Shown: piece by piece, positions 1-9,182 of the stretch | How the letters are laid out: each line of letters opens with the position of its first letter | Position numbering within the stretch: position 1 is the first letter of the stretch | Assembly: GCA_018302505.1 (NCBI GenBank) | Contig: JAGVZL010000012.1 | Coordinates: forward strand, 1-38,188 | Length of the DNA stretch: 38,188 bases | DNA from: Candidatus Woesearchaeota archaeon | Lineage (GTDB): Archaea; Nanobdellota; Nanobdellia; SCGC-AAA011-G17; ARS1403 | Direction of reading: 5' to 3' | Made by a program: the position numbers and the translations under genes | The notes under the pieces: model-generated | What the model was told of the DNA's origin: nothing | Seen by the model: only the letters and a program-made list of their open reading frames with translations | Database searches by the model: none

Positions 1-33
1 GCAATACTAATTGCAATCATAATCTTAACATGA
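1..33 (+). CDS. 3' end of an upstream hydrophobic CDS (partial; possibly another MgtE/SLC41 membrane half)
   Basis: Frame 1 reads AILIAIIILT-TGA. The stop overlaps the next ATG (ATGA, 30-33), typical of translational coupling. Confidence 0.5.
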   Translation, partial: AILIAIIILT

Positions 34-587
34 AAAAAATAATAAATTCAATATTAAAAGAAAGTTTTAAGTTAGTCATAATCGCTTCTACATTGAGTTC
101 TATTGGTGGAATGGGGATACAGCTAATCCAGGATAAACTTATAGCAATACTTCCGCTTCTTATAATATTCCCGGTATTAAACGATATGGTGGGTAATTTT
201 GGCACAATAATTTCAGCAAATTTCACAACATTATTGTTCACAAATCAGTTAAAAGCGAAATGGAGATCAAAAAAACTGAAGGAGCTTGTAAAGAGGCTGC
301 TTATAATCGCATTATTTAGCGCTATATTACTCGGAGTAATGGGAAACCTTATAGCTTACCTTAAAGGATTTCCATTGAGTGCAACAACGTTACTTAAAGT
401 ATTGATAATCACAATAACATGTACTCTGCTTTTAGTATCTCTAATTTGTCTAATTTCTATATCCGCAGGCTTTTATTATTACCACTTAAAGGAAGATCCA
501 GATAATAAACTAATAGCCCTATCAACTTCTATCGCAGATCTTGGAACCATGATTCTATTTGCGGTCCTGATAAATTTGCTCTTCTAA
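30..587 (+). CDS. MgtE/SLC41-type divalent cation transporter, integral membrane domain
   Basis: About 5 TM helices with PVLNDMVGNFG and EDPDN...STSIADLG, matching MgtE membrane-domain motifs (PxxxxxxGNxG; DP...TxxxD). Confidence 0.8.
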   Translation: MKKIINSILKESFKLVIIASTLSSIGGMGIQLIQDKLIAILPLLIIFPVLNDMVGNFGTIISANFTTLLFTNQLKAKWRSKKLKELVKRLLIIALFSAILLGVMGNLIAYLKGFPLSATTLLKVLIITITCTLLLVSLICLISISAGFYYYHLKEDPDNKLIALSTSIADLGTMILFAVLINLLF

Positions 588-627
588 TAACAAAATGTTT
601 ATAAAATAAGTTCCTATAAGATTAATA

Positions 628-2067
628 ATGTCAAAAAATACAAGCGGTATTACTGTAAAGAAGTCTGAAGATTTCTCAGAATGGTATACGCAGGCAATTA
701 TAAAATCAGAATTAGCAGACTATACTGATGTTTCGGGCTGCATAGTATTTAGGCCAGCATCATATCAAATTTGGGAAAAAATAACAAAAATAGTGGATGA
801 AAAATTCAAAAAAGAAGGTATTCAAAACTGTTATTTCCCATTACTAATCCCTGAAAAGTTATTATCAAAAGAAAAAGAGCATGTAGAAGGCTTTTCTCCA
901 GAGGTAGCTTGGGTCACAGAAGCTGGAGACTCACAATTAGCAGAAAGATTAGCTGTCAGACCAACTTCAGAAACAATAATGTACCCATCCTTCTCCAAAT
1001 GGATAAAATCATGGAAAGATTTGCCGTTAAGATTAAATCAATGGAATAACGTGGTCCGATGGGAGTTTAAACATCCAATCCCATTTTTAAGAACAAGAGA
1101 ATTCTTATGGAATGAAGGTCACACAGTTTTCGCAACAAAAGAAGAAGCTGAAGCGGAAAGAGATACTATAATTGGTATTTATGAAGACGTTGTAGAAAAT
1201 TATATGGCTCTAAAGGGTTTAATAGGAAAAAAATCAGAAAAAGAAAAATTCGCCGGAGCGGTTTATACAGTTTCAATGGAATATTTATTGCCTAATGGGA
1301 AAGCGATACAGGGTCCAGATTTCCACCATGATGGTCAAAATTTTTCTAAAGCCTTTGAGATTAATTTCCTAGATAAAGATGAAAAAAAACAGTATGCTTA
1401 TCAAAATACATTCGCAATAACAACAAGAATGTTAGGTGTAATGCTGGCAATTCATGGTGATGATAAAGGGTTAGTAATCCCGCCTAAATTAGCTGAAAAT
1501 AAAGTTGTAATAATCCCTATTTTATTTGATGATTCAAAAGAAAAAATAATAAAAGTAGCTAATGAAATAAAAAAAGAACTAAAAAAGTTCAATCCGAAAT
1601 TGGATGACCGGGACGATTATTCCCCTGGATGGAAATATCATGAGTGGGAACTAAAAGGAATACCTATAAGATTGGAATTAGGTCCAAAAGACTTAGAAAA
1701 AAACCAAGTAGTTTTAGTGAGAAGAGATAACTCAGAAAAAAAAGAAATCAAAATTAAAGATATTTCAAAAGAGGTTGAATCTACATTAGAAAAAATACAA
1801 GAAAATTTATTCATTAAATCAGAAAAACACTTGAAATCAAGCTTAGTTGAAGCAAAAAACTGGAATGACTTCAAAACTGCTTTATCAAATAAAAAAATAG
1901 TCTTAGCCCCTTTCTGCAATAAAAAAGATTGTGAAGAATATATAAAAGATAAAACAAAGGGCGGAAAAAGTCTTAATATTCCATTTTCTCAGCAGAAAAT
2001 AAAAGAACCTTGTATCCACTGTAAAAAAGAAGCAACAGTTATGTGTTATTTCGGGAAAAGTTATTAA
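628..2067 (+). CDS. proS: Prolyl-tRNA synthetase (archaeal/eukaryotic type)
   Basis: DFSEWY, RPTSETIMY, VRWEFKHPIPFLRTREFLWNEGHT, anticodon domain ELKGIPIRLELGPKDL, C-terminal Cys cluster and terminal FGKSY. Confidence 0.97.
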   Translation: MSKNTSGITVKKSEDFSEWYTQAIIKSELADYTDVSGCIVFRPASYQIWEKITKIVDEKFKKEGIQNCYFPLLIPEKLLSKEKEHVEGFSPEVAWVTEAGDSQLAERLAVRPTSETIMYPSFSKWIKSWKDLPLRLNQWNNVVRWEFKHPIPFLRTREFLWNEGHTVFATKEEAEAERDTIIGIYEDVVENYMALKGLIGKKSEKEKFAGAVYTVSMEYLLPNGKAIQGPDFHHDGQNFSKAFEINFLDKDEKKQYAYQNTFAITTRMLGVMLAIHGDDKGLVIPPKLAENKVVIIPILFDDSKEKIIKVANEIKKELKKFNPKLDDRDDYSPGWKYHEWELKGIPIRLELGPKDLEKNQVVLVRRDNSEKKEIKIKDISKEVESTLEKIQENLFIKSEKHLKSSLVEAKNWNDFKTALSNKKIVLAPFCNKKDCEEYIKDKTKGGKSLNIPFSQQKIKEPCIHCKKEATVMCYFGKSY

Positions 2068-3989
2068 TATAATCTTTTAAAGAGAACCAAAAATTTTCTA
2101 AGAGAATTTACTTTATTGATATTTATCTTTATATCTTTATTTATAGTATACTCATCGCCATTATTTTTATATTTTATAATAAAACTAACTACATTTTCTC
2201 CTTCATTTAAATCCCATCCGTTAAAAGGAATTATTATCTTTTGTTTTCCTCCTATTTCACTTAGGGATAAAGTGCCTAGAGCACTATCAATTTCTAAATT
2301 ATTAACATATGGAACTATTTCCAAATTAAGTTCTATCTCTCCTCTTCCATCGTAATCTATTTCAGGAGATTTTATATCTAAAACATTTACAACAGGCTTT
2401 TCATAAGCTCCAAATACCAAAATAGATTCAACATCCAGACTATCATCTTTAGCAGTAACACTTAATTTATCACCCTTATATAAACTTAAAGTATAACTAA
2501 ACGTTTCTTCTTTTTGATCTAAAATTCCTAAAGAAATACTTCTGCATTCACTTCTCAAACATAAATTAAAATTCAAAGGAACATTGCCGTTATTTTTCAA
2601 ATCGCATTTAACTATAACTTCTTCATACTTAAAATAATTATCTTTATCTGTGTCGCAGTTTAAGTTTAAATCATAGTCCTTAATATTTTCTTCTTTTACA
2701 ATTAAGTTATTTAAAGTTTTATTAGCTGTTTCAAAATTTACTGTATCTAAACCTTTGCCAAAAACAATATTCCCGCTGGCAGTGCCTCCAAAAGAATCTC
2801 TAACTTCAACTCCCCCCTCATATCTTAATCCCGATTCCAATCCTTCACTAATATTTAATAGCCAATAAATCTTCTTTTCTTGATAAGGTTTCAATAAAAC
2901 CGCCTGAGTATTATCCCCAACTATTCCGGGAGCGGCAGCAACATAAACCAAACTGGATAAGTAAAATGGCTGTAAATTTCTAATAATTATCTCAGCAGGA
3001 ACATAACTCCCGGCTCCGACATTGTTGTTCAGTATATTAATTTTTAATTCTACTAAATCTGAAAATTTTTCACCTTTCTCAACCAAACTGGCGTTGACAT
3101 CAAAATGTTTATCATTAATATTAATTTTAACCGCCCTCCAGAAATATTCAACACTAGGCTCATGAGCATCTTCCCCTTCCATCATTTTAATATGCCCAGG
3201 ATCAATCCATCCATATTGCCCAAAGGTAACATCAAAAGGCACCCATCCAACATCCGGAAAATAAACCTCGCTCCATGCATGCGGGCTCCATCCCCCGACA
3301 ACATCGCTATATGCCAATCCACTAACAAATTTAACGGGAATACCTAAAGACCTCACCATACTATTAAACAAATTAGTTAATTCATCACAAACGCCGAATC
3401 TATTATCTAATACCCAGCTACTTTTTTGCACAGCCTTCTCAGTTAAAGAATTCAAATCATATTGGATATTTGTTCTTGTCCACTCAGCAATTTTAAAAAC
3501 AGCTTCATAATAATCATCTTCTCCTGCAGCAATTTCATTTGCTTTAGCCATTATATCTCTATCAATATCAGCGAAATTTTTCTCTCCTAAAAATCTGCTT
3601 TGGTCTTCATTAAATTTATTGGTGGGAAAAGCAATTTTTTTATCAATTCTTCTAAATAAATTCTTAGAAGTAACATCCGAGCTAATTTCATATTCTAATT
3701 TAGTAGAATCTTCATTCCATCGTATGTCTAATCTGTTTTTTTCTTGCTTAACAATAGCACTGGGATTATAAGTTATCTCTAAATTATTAACTTCCTGTCC
3801 TAAATACTCAATAGGAACAAAATAAACAGTAGCATCAAAATAATCTAAATTCGAAGAAGAGTCTTCATAATTTAAGTTAATTTCTCCATTAATATCAACA
3901 TTTGAAATAATAAAAGTATAAGGACTCAAATCTTCTGCAGATATAACTGGTAAAAATAATACAAATAATAATATCAGCCTCTTTAGCAT
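2064..3989 (-). CDS. Secreted/surface transglutaminase-like domain protein
   Basis: N-terminal signal peptide; Cys-His-Asp triad in GVCDEL, PHAWSEVY, GWVPFDVT; beta-rich C-terminal domains. Confidence 0.88.
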   Translation of the reverse strand: MLKRLILLFVLFLPVISAEDLSPYTFIISNVDINGEINLNYEDSSSNLDYFDATVYFVPIEYLGQEVNNLEITYNPSAIVKQEKNRLDIRWNEDSTKLEYEISSDVTSKNLFRRIDKKIAFPTNKFNEDQSRFLGEKNFADIDRDIMAKANEIAAGEDDYYEAVFKIAEWTRTNIQYDLNSLTEKAVQKSSWVLDNRFGVCDELTNLFNSMVRSLGIPVKFVSGLAYSDVVGGWSPHAWSEVYFPDVGWVPFDVTFGQYGWIDPGHIKMMEGEDAHEPSVEYFWRAVKININDKHFDVNASLVEKGEKFSDLVELKINILNNNVGAGSYVPAEIIIRNLQPFYLSSLVYVAAAPGIVGDNTQAVLLKPYQEKKIYWLLNISEGLESGLRYEGGVEVRDSFGGTASGNIVFGKGLDTVNFETANKTLNNLIVKEENIKDYDLNLNCDTDKDNYFKYEEVIVKCDLKNNGNVPLNFNLCLRSECRSISLGILDQKEETFSYTLSLYKGDKLSVTAKDDSLDVESILVFGAYEKPVVNVLDIKSPEIDYDGRGEIELNLEIVPYVNNLEIDSALGTLSLSEIGGKQKIIIPFNGWDLNEGENVVSFIIKYKNNGDEYTINKDIKININKVNSLRKFLVLFKRLY

Positions 3990-4021
3990 AAGGTTATTAT
4001 TAATGTTTTATAATATAAATG

Positions 4022-5050
4022 TTACTTTGACAGTTCTTCTTTAATAATAGATAAAAATTGCTCGAAGTCACTTCTTTTAACAGAAGCTCCGGCAGCATAT
4101 GTATGCCCGCCGCCATAACCTTCTAACCCTATCAATGCTTTTTCAATAATCTTCGGTAAATCATATCCTTTTTTTTCAGGGTTTCTCAAACTTATTTTCA
4201 TCTCTCCATCTTTCTCTCTCGCAACAATAACAAATTTATCTGGGAATTTATACATCAGTTCATTGCTTAATTCAGCACTAAAACTATACTTTCCTGATGG
4301 GTAAACAAATATCACAATATCTTTTCCTTTATTCTCTTCAACAGCTTTTTTTAATACCCTATCATACTCTTTTTCAATAGGTTTCAGTCTAATCAATAAA
4401 TTCTTAGTAACTTCATTTTTCCCTTCTAAAATATCAAAAGGGTCATTTACTTTTGTTAAAATTTCTATATTCCTATTAACATCCTCAGTTTTACCCTTTA
4501 AAGAATGACCAAATATTCTGATTAATTTTCCCAAATTAGAATTGAACATAACTTCTTTCTGGTCTTTAAAATCTTTTAATAATTCTGGATATTTTTTAGT
4601 AAAAGTTTTTATAAAACTGGGTTTTTGATAGTCTGCAACTATACCGATAGCCGCAACCCACATATTTTCTTTAGTTAACTGATAACACCAATGACTAATA
4701 CACCTATTGTCATTATTATCTTTTATTCTCGGATTATAATATTTAACTCCTTTAATATTAACAACCGGATGGTGATCTATCCAAATAATAGGCACATTTA
4801 CCTTATCAACAAATTCCTGTTCTATAATGGGTTTATCTAAAACCAAAATCAAGTCTGGATTATATTTTTTAACGCTTAACAAGTAAGAAGTATCCAACAT
4901 AGGCTTCCCTTTCACAGCAACACCTTTCCCTTTGCCAAAATGTTTTCTTATAAGTAAATAACTAACCAGTCCATCCGGATCATCATCAAAAAAAATTAAA
5001 GGGTTCTGGCTTTTCTCAATAAAATTTTTAATTTGTTTTAAAGTTATCAT
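4022..5050 (-). CDS. DHH/DHHA1 family phosphoesterase (RecJ/NrnA-like)
   Basis: FDDDPDG, LDKP, WIDHH and C-terminal GGGHTYAAG motifs. Confidence 0.9.
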   Translation of the reverse strand: MITLKQIKNFIEKSQNPLIFFDDDPDGLVSYLLIRKHFGKGKGVAVKGKPMLDTSYLLSVKKYNPDLILVLDKPIIEQEFVDKVNVPIIWIDHHPVVNIKGVKYYNPRIKDNNDNRCISHWCYQLTKENMWVAAIGIVADYQKPSFIKTFTKKYPELLKDFKDQKEVMFNSNLGKLIRIFGHSLKGKTEDVNRNIEILTKVNDPFDILEGKNEVTKNLLIRLKPIEKEYDRVLKKAVEENKGKDIVIFVYPSGKYSFSAELSNELMYKFPDKFVIVAREKDGEMKISLRNPEKKGYDLPKIIEKALIGLEGYGGGHTYAAGASVKRSDFEQFLSIIKEELSK

Positions 5051-6255
5051 ATTCCCAATTTAGCAAAAGCATCGTCAATCTCCTCCTTAGTCCAACCTTG
5101 CTCTAACACAGCTTTAACTAGTTCTTCTTTAGCATATCCCTTTTTAAGATTAATCTTCAAATACTCCAAAAGAGGTTCTATATCTCTCTCAGTTTCCTTC
5201 ACTTCCCCCATGTTTTCAAAGACTTTATCAATCTGCTCCTGCTTCCATCCTTGTTGCAAAGCGGCATTGACTAACTCTTCTTTGCTATGCCCTTCTTTCA
5301 AATTATTTTCCAGATAATCCTTTAACCCTGTCAAATCTTCCTCAGTTTCTCCTACTTCATCCTCTTTTATATCGATTTTCTCTTTTTTCTTAAACAGATT
5401 AGTAATAAAATCTAAAGATATAGTATCCAAAAGACCTTTTCTCTTTGCAAATACCACCCCTCCAACAAATAAAAGAATAACAAAACCCAACCCAACAAAC
5501 CATAGAATAGCTCCCCCAACGCCTTGATCTTTAATACATACAGCATTAACACAGCTAGACCCGCTAGTGCATTGAACATCTTGTGGACAACTCTGGCAGT
5601 TTTCCCCGCTCTCCTTTTTATTATTTCCGCAGACAGCTTGATTAACAACAGGCGGGGGTGCAGTTTCAATTACTTCTTGTGCTTCGATTATAATAGTCCA
5701 AATATTTGTTTCAGCACCAATTTTAACTTCCAAAGTATTAGTGCCTGCAATAGCTGCATCATAAATAAAAGTTCCTGTAGTTTCAGGCAGCTTTAGATTA
5801 TTTAAATACCATTCCGCGCTTATATTGTCCCCGCTGACTGCAAATGTCTTTTTTTCTCCAACTTTCATAGAAACAGAAGTTCCAACAGGGAAAAAATCAA
5901 TAGCTTTCTTTATAATCGCTTCCCCAACAACATTTAAATTAACATCATTGCTTTCCTTATCATCAGTCTCATTATCAGCAATGAAAATAACAGAGTATTG
6001 TCCAGGATTATTAGCAATTATATTTACTAAAGATTCATCAAAAGAAATACTTATTCCATTTAAGCCTTTGCTTCCTGCCTTAAATTTATAAGCCAAATCT
6101 GTTCCGTTAAAATAATTATCTAAATTCAATATTTCCTTATTTTCTCCTGTAGTTAAATTTTGAGTAGGAATGTTTATAGTAGTTATCTCATTAGAATCGG
6201 CTAATACTGGAATTACCATTAATAAAAAAATTATTAATATCAAACCTCTTTTCAT
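5047..6255 (-). CDS. Single-pass membrane protein: extracellular beta domain, Cys-rich module, two cytoplasmic helical repeats
   Basis: Signal peptide; VCGNNKKESGENCQSCPQDVQC...C module; one TM; two ~46-aa repeats YLxxNLxxGxxKEELVxAxLxQGWxxExID. Confidence 0.8.
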   Translation of the reverse strand: MKRGLILIIFLLMVIPVLADSNEITTINIPTQNLTTGENKEILNLDNYFNGTDLAYKFKAGSKGLNGISISFDESLVNIIANNPGQYSVIFIADNETDDKESNDVNLNVVGEAIIKKAIDFFPVGTSVSMKVGEKKTFAVSGDNISAEWYLNNLKLPETTGTFIYDAAIAGTNTLEVKIGAETNIWTIIIEAQEVIETAPPPVVNQAVCGNNKKESGENCQSCPQDVQCTSGSSCVNAVCIKDQGVGGAILWFVGLGFVILLFVGGVVFAKRKGLLDTISLDFITNLFKKKEKIDIKEDEVGETEEDLTGLKDYLENNLKEGHSKEELVNAALQQGWKQEQIDKVFENMGEVKETERDIEPLLEYLKINLKKGYAKEELVKAVLEQGWTKEEIDDAFAKLGI

Positions 6256-6291
6256 AATATAATCTAGTGATAAAGAATATAAAAAACTAAC

Positions 6292-6882
6292 TTATTTCCT
6301 TTGTCTATTATGCCTTCTGTTATAGTTAGCAACTCTGCTAGGTCTGGCTTTTTCAGCACCCTTGCCTTTATGCCTTAACCCTCTTGATTTTCTTCCGCTT
6401 GAAGTTAAACCTCTGTAAACTTTTCCTCTCCTCTTAGCTAACCCTTTTAATTGTTCATCGCTCTTAATTTGAGGATGGTCTCTATCAATTAAAATAACCT
6501 CATAAAAAGCATTTACTCCATCTTTAGCAACATAATAGGAATTCAAAACTTCACAATTCTTAAAGTTATTATTAGCTCTTCTTTCTGCAACAGCTTGATA
6601 ATTAATATCTAAAACTTTTCTCGCTCTTGCATTCTTGCTTCTTCTCCCTTTCTTTAAACTGCCTCTTCTTTTTCTTCCGCCTCTAATAACTCTGACTCTC
6701 GCTAAAATTATTCCTTGTTTTGCCCTATAGCCTAAAGTCCTGGCCCTATCTAATCTTGTCGGCCTCTCAATTCTAACAACCGCACCGCCGTTTCTCCATT
6801 CTACTAGTCTCTTAAACCAGGTAGCCCTATATTCTTTTGATAAAGGACTCTTCCATAAAGTCTTAATTTTACTATAAAGCAT
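6292..6882 (-). CDS. rpl15e: 50S ribosomal protein eL15
   Basis: RIERPTRLDRARTLGYRAKQG, EVLNSY, YEVILID, RGLTSSGRKSRGL. Confidence 0.97.
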   Translation of the reverse strand: MLYSKIKTLWKSPLSKEYRATWFKRLVEWRNGGAVVRIERPTRLDRARTLGYRAKQGIILARVRVIRGGRKRRGSLKKGRRSKNARARKVLDINYQAVAERRANNNFKNCEVLNSYYVAKDGVNAFYEVILIDRDHPQIKSDEQLKGLAKRRGKVYRGLTSSGRKSRGLRHKGKGAEKARPSRVANYNRRHNRQRK

Positions 6883-6925
6883 TTTATCTTTTAAAACTCT
6901 AAAAACTATTTAAAAACCTTTCTAT

Positions 6926-8053
6926 CTATAGCAGCATATATCCCAAGCTAGCAATAGCCGCGTATAAGAAGCTGCTTAACAAGCTGCCTGTAGCTAAAAC
7001 TAATAACAAAACTATAATTCTCCCAATACTCAACCCAACTTCTCTAAAGATTAAATAATCAATATTTTTTTTGCATTTATCATACATTATCGCAGTATAA
7101 GGCAGGCTTACAGCAATATCCGTAGAGCTGGATAAAGCAGCAACTCCAATTAGTTCCATCTTAGTTTTTACAAAAATCTTAACAACCCATATTATTGAAT
7201 TAAAAATTGAAAATATTTTCACTAATTTACTTTTACTAAAGACATCTGTTAATTTGCCCATAAAGTAGATAATTGCCAAGTTAAGCAACCCCAAAAAAGT
7301 AAATAAACTTCCCATGACAGCATAAAGTCCTAAAATTGAAAAAACAAATATAGGAAAGAAGATGCCCGCAACCATTCCTTTCGCACCAAAACTGCTATAA
7401 GAAACAAAATCTTTAAAGCTGCCAATATTCAAAAATTTCCATGATAATTTATAATCCCTCTTAATATCTTTGCTAAAAAATAATGGAACCGCACTTCCGA
7501 TTAGCAACAAAACAACTGTAAAAAACAGAAGGTTAAAATCTGAGAAAGTTAAAACCGCCCCTCCAATCATAGGTCCAACCAAGCCGGCCAATAAGGCAAA
7601 CCCATAGAACTTGCTTATTTGATTTCCTCTGTATTTAGATTGGCTGAACATAGAAAAGTCTATATGAAAACCTATCCAAAATAAGCCTTCAGCAATTCCA
7701 TAGGCTGTCGGGATGTAATAAAACCAGCTAGGATTATTTTCTAAAGCATAAAGCATTGCAAAATAAGCAATATAGAAGGGTGTTGAGATTAACATTAAAT
7801 GTTTTATCCCTATATAGTTTCCTAATTTAGCCCCAATAGGTGTAAATATCAAAAAAAACACGCTATAGACTAAGTAAAAATAAATTATTTCTTGTAATGT
7901 ATAAGCTAATTCTTTAAATAAAAACAAAGGAACAAAAATCCCGATCATACTGAATGCCAAAGTTCTCAAAACTGTAGAAACATATAACTCATTCAATTCT
8001 CTTTTATTAACTAAATACCTAATAATATGTGTATCGCTATGAGTACCATTCAT
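6926..8053 (-). CDS. MFS-type transporter
   Basis: About 12 hydrophobic segments; MFS motif-A-like GKLTDVFSKS and GAKLGNYIGIK; GPMIGG. Confidence 0.85.
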   Translation of the reverse strand: MNGTHSDTHIIRYLVNKRELNELYVSTVLRTLAFSMIGIFVPLFLFKELAYTLQEIIYFYLVYSVFFLIFTPIGAKLGNYIGIKHLMLISTPFYIAYFAMLYALENNPSWFYYIPTAYGIAEGLFWIGFHIDFSMFSQSKYRGNQISKFYGFALLAGLVGPMIGGAVLTFSDFNLLFFTVVLLLIGSAVPLFFSKDIKRDYKLSWKFLNIGSFKDFVSYSSFGAKGMVAGIFFPIFVFSILGLYAVMGSLFTFLGLLNLAIIYFMGKLTDVFSKSKLVKIFSIFNSIIWVVKIFVKTKMELIGVAALSSSTDIAVSLPYTAIMYDKCKKNIDYLIFREVGLSIGRIIVLLLVLATGSLLSSFLYAAIASLGYMLL

Positions 8054-8882
8054 TTTTTATCTTCCCCGCAATTAAACTGCTAACATCAATAGTATTGCTC
8101 TCGCTGCTTATAGTATTGCAACTGACCACGTTTCCATAACCTTTTAATTTCTCAAAAGCCTCATCCTTTAGAAGAGAATGAACAGTAATGAAATCCGCAT
8201 TTTTTAATCCTAAATATTTCATAGAACCAAGCATTGTTGTTCCTGTAACAATCATATCATCCACAATAACAACTTTCTTATTTTTTAAATTATACCCTTT
8301 CTCAAATTCAACATTAAATTCATCTTTTCTTTTTTTCTTTAATACAACATTTCTAAATCCTAAATTAGTCACTAATCTCCTTGAATTTTCATCTGGTCCG
8401 ACAATTACTGCATCCTCATAATTTTTTTTAATATAATCCTTAATTAATTCAAGAGAGCTTATTGTGTGAATTGGAATTGAAAAATATTTATTTAAATCTA
8501 TTACATGTGGATCTATAGTTAAAACAGAATCAACAGCGTTGCTCAATATCACACTTAAATTCTTAATGCTTACACACTCAAATTTATCAGTTCTTGCTTC
8601 TTCTCTTAAATAAGGCAGATATGGAGCAACTAAATTAACTTCTCTTGCTCCTAAATCTCTGGCTAAATTAGCTGAAAATAGTGTTTCAATTAGAGAATTA
8701 TTTTGATTTGGATAAAAACTTTGGAATAAAAAAACTTTTTTCCCTTTAACATTCTCTCCAAAGTTTACATGCATCTCTCCATCATAAGAAAATTTAGAAA
8801 TTGCTCTAATATAAGGCACATTTAGCCTTCTCGCCACCTCTTTTGCTAATTGGTAGGAATTTGATAAACCTATTATTATCAT
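8037..8882 (-). CDS. prs: Ribose-phosphate pyrophosphokinase (divergent)
   Basis: FSYDGE, APYLPYLR, TIDPH, VGPD, KKKR, PRPP-binding loop VVIVDDMIVTGTTM, SCNTI. Confidence 0.85.
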   Translation of the reverse strand: MIIIGLSNSYQLAKEVARRLNVPYIRAISKFSYDGEMHVNFGENVKGKKVFLFQSFYPNQNNSLIETLFSANLARDLGAREVNLVAPYLPYLREEARTDKFECVSIKNLSVILSNAVDSVLTIDPHVIDLNKYFSIPIHTISSLELIKDYIKKNYEDAVIVGPDENSRRLVTNLGFRNVVLKKKRKDEFNVEFEKGYNLKNKKVVIVDDMIVTGTTMLGSMKYLGLKNADFITVHSLLKDEAFEKLKGYGNVVSCNTISSESNTIDVSSLIAGKIKNEWYS

Positions 8883-8993
8883 ACCAGTTTACCATAACGT
8901 TCAAAGTGGTATATAAGTTTTTTCAATAGAATTTGACACTACCGATGACAACTACAACCTTTATAAGTTTTATTAATCTATATTTAAGCTACA

Positions 8994-9167
8994 ATGGACA
9001 AATACTTAAAGTTAATAATCGGGCTTTTAGTTATATTGGCAGGCGCATATACATATGTAGCCTGGCCGGGAAACTTGGTAGCTCTTTGGACAATCGTAAA
9101 AGGTTCCTTTGGTCTAGGAGTTATCTTAATAGGTTTAATATTTGTTTTATTAGGCCTTACTGAATAA
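8994..9167 (+). CDS. Small 57-aa two-TM membrane protein (not in ORF track)
   Basis: Translated by hand: MDKYLKLIIGLLVILAGAYTYVAWPGNLVALWTIVKGSFGLGVILIGLIFVLLGLTE*. TATA-like TTTATAAG at ~8960 upstream; fills the gap between prs and nre. Confidence 0.8.
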   Translation: MDKYLKLIIGLLVILAGAYTYVAWPGNLVALWTIVKGSFGLGVILIGLIFVLLGLTE

Positions 9168-9182
9168 GGCTATTTTTATTTT

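Noticed and set aside
8933-9163. Tracked 76-aa ORF (TTG start)
   Set aside because: It runs through the promoter and has no protein-like pattern; the alternative frame 8994-9167 gives a clean two-TM protein.
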